A stretch of 64,000 nt of DNA from UHGV virus genome UHGV-0073881, one strand, 5' to 3'. This stretch comes from a virus. Under the pieces are notes generated by a model. It searched no databases, was not told where the DNA came from, and was given only the letters and a program-made list of their open reading frames with translations. Below are positions 48,440 through 59,201 of this stretch, one piece after another; the first letter of the stretch is position 1, and each line of letters opens with the position of its first letter. A program made the position numbers and the translations under genes.

Positions 48440-48739
48440 CTAATCTACCTTACTTAAGTTGAAGTTTAAGCCAAGTTTATCACAAACACTAATCATGTAG
48501 TCAAGAGATACTTTCCCACTACCATTCAGGATGTTTGAGACTCTGGCTTGAGATATTTCACAAATCTTTGCTACCTGAATCTGTGAAAGGTTGTTTCTTT
48601 TCATGTGTATGTTTAACTTTTTAGAGATGTAAAACTTCATCTCATCAACATCCATTCCTGCTATATAAGCTTCCATTTCGGCCTCTCTATCTGCCTCCCA
48701 ATCATCTTGAGGTGCATAAGGGTCAAAGATACTATTCAT
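48440..48739 (-). CDS. helix-turn-helix (XRE-like) DNA-binding protein
   Basis: LSQIQVAKICEISQARVSNILNG is a typical HTH_XRE segment. Confidence 0.65.
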   Translation of the reverse strand: MNSIFDPYAPQDDWEADREAEMEAYIAGMDVDEMKFYISKKLNIHMKRNNLSQIQVAKICEISQARVSNILNGSGKVSLDYMISVCDKLGLNFNLSKVD

Positions 48740-48935
48740 CTTTCTTTCTCCGTTTACGAGAAGTGTCGATTAACGAATCAAGGTTAGTAGCTCTAACTTG
48801 TTCACGAGTACCATTGATGTAGTTATCAAGGGACTCTACAACAGTGTTGAAGTCTTTAGCCCAAACTCTGTAAATAACTACGCCGTCATCGTCAATAACT
48901 TCACCATAGTCTACTCTACAGATATTCTTCTTCAT
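48732..48935 (-). CDS. hypothetical protein (67 aa)
   Basis: ORF track. Confidence 0.45.
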   Translation of the reverse strand: MKKNICRVDYGEVIDDDGVVIYRVWAKDFNTVVESLDNYINGTREQVRATNLDSLIDTSRKRRKKDE

Positions 48936-49312
48936 TGTGGAAGACCCATGCAGTGACGGTTAATGATAAAGTGTTCAACACCGTCTAAAGCACCCTGAGA
49001 AACGTGCTCTTTCACAACTTCAATTTCAGTAATCTGCTCAGGGTTAAGAACGTCAATGTTTTCTGTAACCATCATATCAGAAACATCAAGGTAGTACTGC
49101 CCCATTGTGTGGTAATTGAAATCAATTATCTTGTCAGTTAATTCAGAAACAGTGTCTTGAGAAATCGGCTTTGTCAATTCTCCAGCTTTAGAAACAACCT
49201 TTTGAGCAACCTGACAAGCTTCTACTCTGACGTTGTTGTAATCAATCTTTGGCATATCTGCATAAGCATTGAAGCTTAGTGCGGCAAAGATACATAGTAC
49301 AATCTTTTTCAT
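48932..49312 (-). CDS. hypothetical secreted protein with signal peptide (126 aa)
   Basis: N-terminus MKKIVLCIFAALSFNAYA. Confidence 0.55.
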   Translation of the reverse strand: MKKIVLCIFAALSFNAYADMPKIDYNNVRVEACQVAQKVVSKAGELTKPISQDTVSELTDKIIDFNYHTMGQYYLDVSDMMVTENIDVLNPEQITEIEVVKEHVSQGALDGVEHFIINRHCMGLPQ

Positions 49313-49486
49313 AACTTACTCCTATATAATATTTTGTATACCTACGAGTATAAAAATAAGCTATAACACCTGACTTGTCAACAGATTTTATAGCTTATTT
49401 GGCAGATTTTTTATAAAGCTACTGCCATCCTTCCATACCTTACCACACAAGACCAAACCATGCCGTACTCCACTTCACAGGACCAA

Positions 49487-49527
49487 GCATCACTTAAAAA
49501 TCCTCTTAGAAGACTCTTAAGTGATGC
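49487..49527. promoter_or_regulatory. 41-bp palindrome GCATCACTTAA-N19-TTAAGTGATGC (candidate operator or terminator)
   Basis: perfect 11-bp inverted arms; near-identical copy at 51022-51062. Confidence 0.45.
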
Positions 49528-49685
49528 AATCGAATTTTAATGTAGCTCCGATTAACTACCCATACCTGACCGAACCTTACCGAGCCTTACCAGACACTAC
49601 AGAACAGGACCGCACCGCACCTCATTAAAAGACCCTCTTTAAAGACCTTTTAATAAGGAGCCTCCGAAGAGGCTACCTAGTCAAC

Positions 49686-50126
49686 TTAGAAGGGTTTTCT
49701 ACGTTGCTTGTTAATATTAGCTTTCATAGCAGCTAAGTGGTTTTGCTGTTCAATCAGTCGTGAACGTTCTTGATGGCTAAGTGTCATAGTGTTCACATTC
49801 TCAATTGCTTGAGTGGCTTGTTTTAAAGCACGACCAATCTTACCAGACATTTTACGTTTTGCAATAGTTGCTTGATGTTTTGGCTCAACTACTCGATAAC
49901 CGACACCCATTGAAGCAACCAGATAAATCTTCTCTTCTTTAAGAAGCTTCTCAATAAACTTCTCAAGTCGATTTAGGCGTGTAAGTGCGTAAGCCTTCAT
50001 TTCATCTTCGTACTTAACAATGTCACCTTGATAAGTTGGCTTCACAATACCTAAGAAGGTGTCCATCTCAGAATGTGATACGGTGTCACCGTAACTAAAC
50101 TTTGCTGCTAATGCTTTTGTATTCAT
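49686..50126 (-). CDS. hypothetical protein (146 aa)
   Basis: ORF track; flanked by paralogous intergenic regions. Confidence 0.55.
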   Translation of the reverse strand: MNTKALAAKFSYGDTVSHSEMDTFLGIVKPTYQGDIVKYEDEMKAYALTRLNRLEKFIEKLLKEEKIYLVASMGVGYRVVEPKHQATIAKRKMSGKIGRALKQATQAIENVNTMTLSHQERSRLIEQQNHLAAMKANINKQRRKPF

Positions 50127-50128
50127 AA

Positions 50129-50734
<606 letters not shown>

Positions 50735-51021
50735 TTAGTTGATTGTTAAGTTGTTTGTAAAGAACCCTCAACAGAAGACTCTTTAGAAACTTGGTAGATT
50801 TTTAACGTGGCTACTACCATCCACCCATATCATACCAAACCTGACCAAATCTTACCGCACCCAACATCGCCTAACCTTACCACACCTCATTAAAAGACCC
50901 TGTTTAAAGACCTTTTAAAAAGGTAAGTCTCATTTTAATGTAGCTGAGACTAACTACCCATACTAAACCTCACCGCACCTCACCGAGCCGCGCATTACCA
51001 AACCAGACCAAACCTTGCCTC

Positions 51022-51062
51022 ACATCACTTAAAAATCCTCTTAGAAGACTCTTAAGTGATGC
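51022..51062. promoter_or_regulatory. second copy of palindrome (ACATCACTTAA-N19-TTAAGTGATGC)
   Basis: 10 of 11 arm positions paired; same loop as 49487-49527. Confidence 0.45.
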
Positions 51063-51125
51063 TGGTGAGTACCCGTTGGTTTATGCTGCTTAGTATACTC
51101 ACCAAATTTTCTAGGTCAACAACTT

Positions 51126-52229
51126 TTATTCATAGTCTCGAATAACTAACCCAACAGGGAACTGTAAAGACCCCTTGCGAGTCATCTTCTGGAACTGAAC
51201 CGTTAAAGGTTTCCCGATAAACTCTTCAGGGTGTTCAGCAAGATACTGTTTCTTCTCATGGGTAGTTTTCCATGAAACATCTACAAAGACATTTGGAAGT
51301 GTCTCTACAACAAACTTACCATGACCCCGCTTATCGGTCTTCACACCAGTAATTTTAAACTCCTCTGTGTGCATCTTCTTATGTTTAATCAGGAAGTATG
51401 AACGGTGACCACACTCATAGAAGGACTCTGGAGAGATTGAGCGGTACATTGCACCTTCAAACTTAGCTTCAACCCACTTATCATGAGCTTCATCAAACTC
51501 TTCCCAAGAATTTACACGACGAGATTTAACAGGGACAACTCTACAGCCATCTCTAAAGTCATTCAATGGTGAAGTCTCAATAATACTTCTACGCTCAGGC
51601 CATGTCTTAGTGCTGTCACAGATATCATACCAGTAAAACTTGAGTAAATGTCGGTCAGGATTGTCTTCATTTTTAATCATGGAGACAATATCTTCTAAGT
51701 CCAACCCATGAGCATAGATTTCACCATCAAATTCATCAACGTCTTTATGGAGCCTCAACATTGCCATAATGTCAGGTATTAGCTCAGTAGGAATTTTATA
51801 AATAGTGTTCTCACGAGAATATGCTGTAAATACACTGCCAATACTTAAGTGTCTTGAAATCCTACAACGTACACCATCCAGTTTTGGTTGAGCATCAGCA
51901 GGAAATTTCAGATACTTTGCATGACTAACCTTTGCAGCATCATGAGCAAGCTGTACACCTACCTTCTCAGTATTCTGTGCAGACTCTTTTGTGTAAGCGT
52001 AACCTTTACGGTCTACTTGTTTCTTGTACTTAGCAGAAACTTCAAAGAGAGCTTGCTGTTCAGCATTACGCTCATTCTTTTTACCGATGTTCTTAGGCTC
52101 TGCTGTGTACTCTTCAAACATCATCTTGCCATTTTCTTTACCGTAGGTTGTAACCACCTTATCACCTACAGCAACACACGACCAAACGTTAAAAGAGCCA
52201 TCTTTATTTTGTTTGTACAGAATTGTCAT
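51126..52229 (-). CDS. ATP-dependent DNA ligase (putative)
   Basis: nucleotidyltransferase motif I KLDGVR (QPKLDGVRCRI); 367 aa, similar in size to T7-type ligases. Confidence 0.7.
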   Translation of the reverse strand: MTILYKQNKDGSFNVWSCVAVGDKVVTTYGKENGKMMFEEYTAEPKNIGKKNERNAEQQALFEVSAKYKKQVDRKGYAYTKESAQNTEKVGVQLAHDAAKVSHAKYLKFPADAQPKLDGVRCRISRHLSIGSVFTAYSRENTIYKIPTELIPDIMAMLRLHKDVDEFDGEIYAHGLDLEDIVSMIKNEDNPDRHLLKFYWYDICDSTKTWPERRSIIETSPLNDFRDGCRVVPVKSRRVNSWEEFDEAHDKWVEAKFEGAMYRSISPESFYECGHRSYFLIKHKKMHTEEFKITGVKTDKRGHGKFVVETLPNVFVDVSWKTTHEKKQYLAEHPEEFIGKPLTVQFQKMTRKGSLQFPVGLVIRDYE

Positions 52230-52483
52230 TTTCTCTTACCACCAATCTCTACGTCGATAACTTGAGTGTCTCCACAAACATCAAACTTGTGAATGACATT
52301 TTCTACAGTGTAAGTCCAACCATCAATCCTTACCCACTCACCTTCTCGTGGTACGATAGGGTTACGTTGGGCAACTGTAGTAGTTGAGTGTATAACGTCA
52401 TATAGGTGAATAAAGTTTACCAGTACTTGCATCTTAATATCCTTCGTCAATAACGGTGATGTGTTGAGTGCTTGACTTACCAT
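52226..52483 (-). CDS. hypothetical protein (85 aa)
   Basis: ORF track. Confidence 0.45.
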   Translation of the reverse strand: MVSQALNTSPLLTKDIKMQVLVNFIHLYDVIHSTTTVAQRNPIVPREGEWVRIDGWTYTVENVIHKFDVCGDTQVIDVEIGGKRK

Positions 52484-52679
52484 ACCTGTAAGAAGTTGTT
52501 GTCTGTGAATTTGGGCAACGGACTACTATTAAGTCATATTTAAATGTTGACCAATTAAGTTTGTATATTGAACAATCTCTCATCTCTGGAGGTAACTCAT
52601 AGCTACTGTCTTGTTTGTCATAACTTGGGTTACAGCCAGTTAGAAAAAGCACTCCAAGTGCAATGATTGTTTTCCACAT
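52434..52679 (-). CDS. putative lipoprotein (81 aa)
   Basis: N-terminus MWKTIIALGVLFLTGCNP with lipobox LTGC. Confidence 0.5.
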   Translation of the reverse strand: MWKTIIALGVLFLTGCNPSYDKQDSSYELPPEMRDCSIYKLNWSTFKYDLIVVRCPNSQTTTSYRYGKSSTQHITVIDEGY

Positions 52680-52900
52680 AGTTGATTTCCTTTTTCACAG
52701 TTTTCTTCGTAACCTTCTTGGACGGTCTTGTAAAGTTCCTTGAAAGTTTCTTCTTTCACTGGCTCTACAGACTTTGTTTTACACAAGTCCAAGTACCATT
52801 GATAGTCTAACCCACGACACCATGCTTCAGACACAAAAGAAATCTGAGGGTTTATGTTTCGGATTATTGCTAAACCAGCTTCTTCTTTACTGCTCATCAA
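52640..52900 (-). CDS. hypothetical protein (86 aa)
   Basis: ORF track; overlaps lipoprotein ORF start region. Confidence 0.4.
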   Translation of the reverse strand: MMSSKEEAGLAIIRNINPQISFVSEAWCRGLDYQWYLDLCKTKSVEPVKEETFKELYKTVQEGYEENCEKGNQLCGKQSLHLECFF

Positions 52901-53026
52901 ACTTAACCTCTCTAAAAGTTCTTAAGTAATATAGTTTGTAGTAAACTATTTCGCAACTACGAACGTTTGTTTTCAAAAGGTTCCAATCAAAACCTTCACC
53001 CATACTTCCCCAGATGCTGTAGAGCT

Positions 53027-53230
53027 TCACTGTAAAATGCTCCATCCAGTTTTCTGCCAATCACACCCACGATACCATGTAGCCATTGGGTAACCCATTT
53101 CACAGACAATCTTCCCATCTTTCATTTCGAAGAACTCATCAGATGTGAAATTTTCATTACGTACTTTGTGACCACTCTTCATGGCTTCAATAGCTTCTTC
53201 ATAAGTCATTTTGATTTCTCCAATACTCAA
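53027..53230 (-). CDS. hypothetical protein (67 aa)
   Basis: ORF track. Confidence 0.45.
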   Translation of the reverse strand: MSIGEIKMTYEEAIEAMKSGHKVRNENFTSDEFFEMKDGKIVCEMGYPMATWYRGCDWQKTGWSILQ

Positions 53231-53439
53231 AAGTTAATGTCAATGCGTTCACCCTTAAGGACTCCAGTGTGGTCTTTTGCAATCTTACCATCAACAATAA
53301 GGATATGTGCAAACCTTAAAGAGTCACGATTAAAACCTTTTACGAACTTACTAGGCATCACTACAATAAGCATCTCCTGAATCAACTCTGGAGTATAGCA
53401 ATTGTCGTGAAGTTGTTGGATAACGTCTGAAAGTGTCAT
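53227..53439 (-). CDS. hypothetical protein (70 aa)
   Basis: ORF track. Confidence 0.45.
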   Translation of the reverse strand: MTLSDVIQQLHDNCYTPELIQEMLIVVMPSKFVKGFNRDSLRFAHILIVDGKIAKDHTGVLKGERIDINF

Positions 53440-53490
53440 AAATCCTCCTATACAAGATATAGTATAAGGTACTCTTCCATGAGCACCTTG

Positions 53491-54003
53491 TCAACTTAGT
53501 TTTGCAAACTCTCCGTGGAGTTTCATAGCAGCTTCACAGTAAGCTTCATGGGCTTCTTCAGGGGTGTCATACATCCCAAGATGATAATTCTTACCTTGTA
53601 AACGAATCATTGCCCTAAACCTTTTCCCTATCTTCTGTACACCTTTTGGTAAACCTGATATGGACTTTCTAGACCGATTGCAAGAGTTTTGTGAAGCCGT
53701 ACAAACCCTCAAATTCAAATACCTATTATCCCAACCATCACAATTCTTGTGGTCAACCTGTAAGGTTTTATCAGGTAGGTATCCATCCATATACAAGATA
53801 ACTAAACGATTTGCTTGGTAACTCCTTCCATCAATCAGCAATTGGACAGACTTGTGACCATCAGTGTTTGTTCTGTAGTTTCCAGCCCTCTTACCTCCAA
53901 ATCTAGAGTTAAAGTTTGCATTACCTTCTCTAAATTTCCAAGTAAAGACCCCTGTATCGGGGTCGTACTCTAAAAGCTCCTTTAAACGAATTTCTGTAAT
54001 CAT
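53491..54003 (-). CDS. HNH homing endonuclease (NUMOD4-like N-terminus, HNH, AP2-like C-terminus)
   Basis: LKELLEYDPDTGVFTW, VDHKNCDGWDNRYLNLRVCTASQN, GVQKIGKRFRAMIRLQGKNYHLGMYDTPEEAHEAY; start moved from TTG 54042 to ATG 54003. Confidence 0.85.
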   Translation of the reverse strand: MITEIRLKELLEYDPDTGVFTWKFREGNANFNSRFGGKRAGNYRTNTDGHKSVQLLIDGRSYQANRLVILYMDGYLPDKTLQVDHKNCDGWDNRYLNLRVCTASQNSCNRSRKSISGLPKGVQKIGKRFRAMIRLQGKNYHLGMYDTPEEAHEAYCEAAMKLHGEFAKLS

Positions 54004-54013
54004 TTCAACACCA

Positions 54014-56713
54014 TCAATGTACTTCCAACCAGCTCTTACCAACCTTACCAGTACCTGTAACCATAGTTTCTTTTCTTAGACCAAGGTTTTTAGAAGCCTG
54101 CCCGTACATCCAGTCAGTGATAGCTTTAACCTCTTGAGTCATACTTTCTGGACATTCCCAACTATTTTCATCGTGATATGCCAGAAGAAGTCTAGCTCCA
54201 ATAGCTGGCTTACGTCCATTCAGCTTCATCAACCCTTCATCATAGGCTCTACGACATGCAAGGTTAATTGCTTCATTCTGTACTTGACTTTCTGAACCCA
54301 TCAAAAGGTAATTTAACAGCTTGTGTGGAGACTTACACCATAACCAAGCTCCAGCAACCTTTACAAAACCCCCTTTAGAGATTGCAGCAGTCTTACCAAA
54401 GACCTCTTCAAGAGCCTTCTTAGTCGCTTTAAAGTCAGCTTCTAAGTTATCAATCAGTTTCTTAATCTTCGGCAAACGAACGAAGTAAGTCTGTTTAGTC
54501 AATGCACCCTCCTGAGTAGTTGCTGCTTTAATGGTCTTAGCAAACTTCTCATCCCCTGCACCAAACAGCAGTGCATAGATGCCATTCTTAGCTTTCTTAC
54601 GACCTTTACTGATTTCGTGAAGAAGATTTTCATCCTGAGTCATACGACAAGTCAAGATATCCTGCTCATCATTCAAGCTGAAGTAGATACTGTTCAGTGT
54701 GTGAGCATCAGTGCCTGAGTAAACTACGTACAAGTCGTTTTCAGAGTCATAACGCAGATACTTGTCAACCTCTGGATTCAGGTATTCGTCAAAGTGTTTG
54801 CAGTAGTAGCGACCATCTTCTTGACGAACAAATTCAATCTCTTCTTTACCTTCGGTTACCGCTTTGGTGAACTCTTTATCACCCATAAAGTTACACAGTA
54901 AAACAAGCTGTGCAGAGTTCATATCCACAGAGACTACGTTGGTTCCCTTCTCACAAATCCAAACTGCCCTCATTGGTTCACCATAAACAGCAGCACCGGA
55001 AGGTACGTTTACAATACCATACTGTGTCATACGTCCAGTGGATGTACCAAACACCATTGCACCAGCACTTAAACGACCATCTGGACGAATCTGATTCAAC
55101 CAACCTTTCTCATCATCCTTTGAGTTCTCAATAGTTCTGCGTCGGTGCATCAAAGTATAGTACTTCGCAATCTTCTGCCCAAGTTCACCTTCGATAGTGT
55201 CATAAGAAGATTCAGTCAGTTTTGGTGAAGTACGAATCAAGCAAGGTTCAAGAACATCTGTGTATTTCTTCACAGACCAATTATGCTCGATGTACTGTAC
55301 CCCTTCATGCTCAACGTAGTTTAAACCACAACGTTCAACCATTTCATCCCACTTAGGATGTTTACGAATCATCTTCTTATTATCTTTGAAGCGACAAACC
55401 TTAACAGGACGACCATCTGAGTCTTTCTTGTAGTTCCAATCATCAGGAATCCAACCAACAGATTTCAGATACTCTTTAACTACTGCAACCTGAGTCATGC
55501 GTGAAACTTCAAACTCAATCGGTGTATATGGTGCATCAATCAAACCCGTGTAACGACTTGACTCAAGTTCAAAGTGATTAACAACATGATTGTTGTAGTA
55601 CTTGACAATCTTAACAGTTTTAACTGGCTTCCAATCTTTGCACTTCTTGTCAACCTTCGCATTTAGCTCATTACATACTGCACGAGCATCTTTCATTGCC
55701 ACGAAACCTTCTTTGTACTCTTCTCCGGTTACCGTGTTAGTTGGTGTGTAGCAGTTACGTTTCTCTACGCTGAAAATCTTGGTAGTTGGTTTACCAAATG
55801 GCTTAATAGGATAACTTTGCATTTCCCCATTACGAACCTGCTGACGATACTTTGTCTTAGGATACTTGGTAATACGTTTCAAACCATCTGCTTCACCAAA
55901 AGTTTCAACATACTCATTCCAAGCTTTTGCAAATTCTTCACCAGTAACTTTCCCTTTTGTCTTGATAGTTGGTGGTAAGAATGGCTCAACCTCTGAAGCA
56001 AGGTCAGCAGTCATCTTATCAAGTTCTTTAACACAACTCTTCATCATGTTAATGTCAGCTTTCCAACCATTGATAGCTTGCTGGCTCATCCAGAAAGATG
56101 TTTCTTTAGCTCGCATGTAGGTTTCGTAGGTATCCACACCACACTTCTTCAGCTTCACATACTCATTATCAAGAGCACGTTTAGTTTTGGCGTTGATTCG
56201 AATATCTTCAACAACACGAGTTAAGATTTCAGCGTTCCAAACTCCCCACTCTTCAATCTCAGGCTTACGGACACCAACACGAGCACCCCATGCAGCCAAA
56301 CCATGAGAACCCTTGTAACCTTTCGGTGTAGGTCTATCCATCCACTGAACACGAGATTGGATAAGTGAATCTTGGAAGAAATTACTCCAAGGCTTACATT
56401 TAGGGTTATCAAAGTTCCACAGGTCAGGTGCAATGTGGTTGAACACCCACCAGTCATAACCAAGACCGTTGTGAATGCAAAGACGTTTCGCCTTTAAAGC
56501 AAACTCAACACCCTCTCTTAAGCCACCCTTGATATACTTGGTGTACTTGTGACCAAGAATAGGCTCATCAGTGAATACCCACACAGGTGGTTCATCACTG
56601 TCATCTTTGTAATCTGCAAAAGCCATTACGTGAGCTTTAGTGAACTCAAGCAGCAATCCGTCAGTTTCTGTATCGCCTACCAGATGCAAATTTTTAAAGT
56701 CTACGTTTTCCAT
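54014..56713 (-). CDS. DNA polymerase, family A with 3-5 exonuclease domain
   Basis: exo motif HLVGDTETDGL, polymerase motif B-like KNGIYALLFGAGDEKF and motif C YHDE; start at ATG 56713 (MENVDF) with GAGGGAG RBS. Confidence 0.9.
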   Translation of the reverse strand: MENVDFKNLHLVGDTETDGLLLEFTKAHVMAFADYKDDSDEPPVWVFTDEPILGHKYTKYIKGGLREGVEFALKAKRLCIHNGLGYDWWVFNHIAPDLWNFDNPKCKPWSNFFQDSLIQSRVQWMDRPTPKGYKGSHGLAAWGARVGVRKPEIEEWGVWNAEILTRVVEDIRINAKTKRALDNEYVKLKKCGVDTYETYMRAKETSFWMSQQAINGWKADINMMKSCVKELDKMTADLASEVEPFLPPTIKTKGKVTGEEFAKAWNEYVETFGEADGLKRITKYPKTKYRQQVRNGEMQSYPIKPFGKPTTKIFSVEKRNCYTPTNTVTGEEYKEGFVAMKDARAVCNELNAKVDKKCKDWKPVKTVKIVKYYNNHVVNHFELESSRYTGLIDAPYTPIEFEVSRMTQVAVVKEYLKSVGWIPDDWNYKKDSDGRPVKVCRFKDNKKMIRKHPKWDEMVERCGLNYVEHEGVQYIEHNWSVKKYTDVLEPCLIRTSPKLTESSYDTIEGELGQKIAKYYTLMHRRRTIENSKDDEKGWLNQIRPDGRLSAGAMVFGTSTGRMTQYGIVNVPSGAAVYGEPMRAVWICEKGTNVVSVDMNSAQLVLLCNFMGDKEFTKAVTEGKEEIEFVRQEDGRYYCKHFDEYLNPEVDKYLRYDSENDLYVVYSGTDAHTLNSIYFSLNDEQDILTCRMTQDENLLHEISKGRKKAKNGIYALLFGAGDEKFAKTIKAATTQEGALTKQTYFVRLPKIKKLIDNLEADFKATKKALEEVFGKTAAISKGGFVKVAGAWLWCKSPHKLLNYLLMGSESQVQNEAINLACRRAYDEGLMKLNGRKPAIGARLLLAYHDENSWECPESMTQEVKAITDWMYGQASKNLGLRKETMVTGTGKVGKSWLEVH

Positions 56714-56969
56714 TTTCACTCCCTCTCAAACATATGACTCCATACCTTACTGCAAAACGACACAAAAAGCAAGTTGACAAATAACTTGACAGGGTGTTAG
56801 TCTTGTATGCAGTGGGTTTTAACTTAAAAGACTCCCTTTACAGATTAACTATACAGATTCTTTAAAACCCTTAAAAGATTTTAATAGCTTTTAAAAAGCT
56901 TTAAAGTATTACGTATAGAATACGTAAAGAAAGAGATTAAGACTTAATAGAAACTATAAAGAGGCTGCC

Positions 56970-57392
56970 ATGCAGAGAATGTTTGTTCACCCTGACGTAG
57001 CAAATTTCCTAAAAGCTTTGGAGAAGTTAGAAGAACTTGACATAGCTGCTCAGAAGGAATATGCTTACCATCATCGTCGAATGGTTGATGTTCAACACGA
57101 AATAGAACTTTCAGAAGGTTACGACGAAGATTTGAAATGCTCTGTTTTCGAGCATATGAAAGAGATTGCTTCTGATAGGCGTAAAGCAAAAGATACATGT
57201 TTTTTGATAGATGCCTTAAAAAAGAAGTTGCAAAGTGGAACAGACTTGTGTAGTCTAGCAACACTTCTTCAGGATGTTGAGAGTTCTTGGGACAGACATT
57301 ACTTCCCAAGGTCTGAAAAGACACTTGACTTCTCTTCACCGGAAGGATTAAAATTATCACGACTTACATTAAACAAAATGAGAGAGAAATAA
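56970..57392 (+). CDS. hypothetical protein (140 aa)
   Basis: ORF track; RBS AAGAGG. Confidence 0.55.
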   Translation: MQRMFVHPDVANFLKALEKLEELDIAAQKEYAYHHRRMVDVQHEIELSEGYDEDLKCSVFEHMKEIASDRRKAKDTCFLIDALKKKLQSGTDLCSLATLLQDVESSWDRHYFPRSEKTLDFSSPEGLKLSRLTLNKMREK

Positions 57393-57393
57393 T

Positions 57394-58194
57394 ATGAAAA
57401 CTGTAAATGAAATGCTGGCAGAAAAGAACATCAACGAACAATTCCTGTTAACTACTGTGGAAAGCCTTGCTGTAATTTTCCGTAGCAATACGTTCACTCG
57501 TGGCTTTATGCCAGAATCACTTCAAGTTACAGATATTGACAGTGACGAATCTTTCCGCTCAACTGTAGAGTTACTTACCAGCAATCGTAAAATTGCTCTG
57601 ACCTCTATCGTTGTTGGTGTTGACTCTCTGGCTAAATTCCTGTTTGAGAACATGCAGAGTGGTGATTACTCTAGCATGGATGAGCAAAGCATTAATATGC
57701 TGCTTAATGAGATGACTGAACAGCAAATGGTCATGGGTATTGTTGGTGGAGTATCAAGTGTCATGGCTATGCTGGAAAAGCGTATGGAAGATAAATCTTC
57801 ACGCTATGACAAACTTGATTGGGGTTTCAATGTAATCTCTGAACGTGCTAAAGCGCTGGCTATTGAAACTTACCAGAAACTGGAAGACTTGACTAAACAG
57901 GACGCAGATATTAAGCTTGACGACATTCAGGTTATGGTTACTGCTCTGACACCTGCAATCATGACTATCATGAATATTCACGCAATTCTTGAAGTTGCAG
58001 ATTTGCTGAAGTCTCCACCTTCTTTCATTGAAGAAATCAGTGGTGGTGCAAGTGCATCTGCTTTGCAAGATGTTCTTATGCAGACCAACGTAGCAATTGT
58101 ACGTGAGAAGATTGCCATTAACTTTGGCGATGAATTTTTGCAGCAGATTGAAGCAATGGCTGAAAAGAACGGTGAAGATATTACAATTCACTAA
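57394..58194 (+). CDS. hypothetical protein (266 aa)
   Basis: ORF track; coupled to upstream ORF. Confidence 0.6.
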   Translation: MKTVNEMLAEKNINEQFLLTTVESLAVIFRSNTFTRGFMPESLQVTDIDSDESFRSTVELLTSNRKIALTSIVVGVDSLAKFLFENMQSGDYSSMDEQSINMLLNEMTEQQMVMGIVGGVSSVMAMLEKRMEDKSSRYDKLDWGFNVISERAKALAIETYQKLEDLTKQDADIKLDDIQVMVTALTPAIMTIMNIHAILEVADLLKSPPSFIEEISGGASASALQDVLMQTNVAIVREKIAINFGDEFLQQIEAMAEKNGEDITIH

Positions 58195-58209
58195 TTGTTA
58201 ATACCCAAA

Positions 58210-58238
58210 TAGCCTCCTTAATTGGGGGCTTTTTATTA
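58210..58238 (+). terminator. rho-independent terminator-like hairpin
   Basis: stem AGCCTCC/GGGGGCT, loop TTAATT, then TTTTATT. Confidence 0.5.
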
Positions 58239-58252
58239 TGGAGAGGTTGAGT

Positions 58253-58993
58253 ATGAAAAGTATTATTGCATTCACTGGTAAGGCTCGTTCTGGAAAAGAC
58301 ACTTCCTGTACTCTGGTAAGAAATGCCTTGACTGAGAAAGGTTACAAAGTTAAAGTTTTTGCGTTTGCAGATAACCTTAAAAACACTGCTGGAGATATCT
58401 TCAACCTGACTTGGGAAGATTTGTATGGAGACACAAAAGAAACTCCACAGGTCTTCACACTGACTCATTCAGCATTATCTTCACAGGTTATTTGGGCTTT
58501 TTACAGACACATGCAAGATAAGGATATCCACAAGGATTTAAAGCTGTGTGGTGAATTAACCGACAAACTAATCAAAGAATTGAAAAAGGTTGGTAAACCG
58601 ACATTACTCACCAGACTCGGCTTGCGTAATGAATATAAAATCTCTTCACGTCAAATCCAACAAGTTTGGGGAAGTGAAGTTGTCCGTAAAATCTTGGGTG
58701 AAAGGTTCTGGATTATTGACTTAGCAGAACGCATGGAGAAGTTCTTTGGTGAATGCCATACAGAAGACCATGAAGGTATTGCACTAATCTGTGATTTAAG
58801 ATTTGACATTGAGGCTGAGTTTCTTCAAAGTTATGACAGTAAAATCATTGAGGTGAAGAGGGACAATACTACACAAGTTGCTTCACATCATTCTGAGAAA
58901 GGTATTTCAACCTTGTTTGAGCGTGACATTATTCAAAACAATGGCACAATGGATGAGCTTGAAAGTAAACTAAAAGCTATCATTGGAATTTAA
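58253..58993 (+). CDS. deoxynucleoside monophosphate kinase (T4 gp1-like, putative)
   Basis: P-loop FTGKARSGKDT resembles the T4 dNMP kinase N-terminus; start taken at ATG 58253. Confidence 0.65.
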   Translation: MKSIIAFTGKARSGKDTSCTLVRNALTEKGYKVKVFAFADNLKNTAGDIFNLTWEDLYGDTKETPQVFTLTHSALSSQVIWAFYRHMQDKDIHKDLKLCGELTDKLIKELKKVGKPTLLTRLGLRNEYKISSRQIQQVWGSEVVRKILGERFWIIDLAERMEKFFGECHTEDHEGIALICDLRFDIEAEFLQSYDSKIIEVKRDNTTQVASHHSEKGISTLFERDIIQNNGTMDELESKLKAIIGI

Positions 58994-59201
58994 AAAGAGA
59001 GATATTAAGATGAGAGTAGATAATTTAAAAGTAATTGACCACCGTTCTGTAGAACTCTCATCTCTTTCTAAGGAAGTAATGATGGAGCGACTTGAAAGGG
59101 TCACTTCACGAAGGAAAGAGATTGCTGAAGAAATTCATGAACTAGACAAGATTGAAAATGGTTTAAAAGCTGAACTGCAACGTAGAGGTGCTAATGTCTA
59201 A
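58983..59201 (+). CDS. hypothetical protein (72 aa)
   Basis: ORF track. Confidence 0.45.
   Translation: MEFKKRDIKMRVDNLKVIDHRSVELSSLSKEVMMERLERVTSRRKEIAEEIHELDKIENGLKAELQRRGANV

Noticed and set aside
54003-54042. Overlap of the HNH gene with the DNA polymerase 3-prime end, suggesting an intron or intein
   Set aside because: Using the ATG at 54003 removes the overlap; the polymerase ORF is continuous with intact motifs, so the HNH gene is free-standing.
56774-56814. Promoter between the DNA polymerase start and the rightward block (two TTGACA hexamers)
   Set aside because: No acceptable -10 hexamer at 16-18 nt spacing from either TTGACA; not called.
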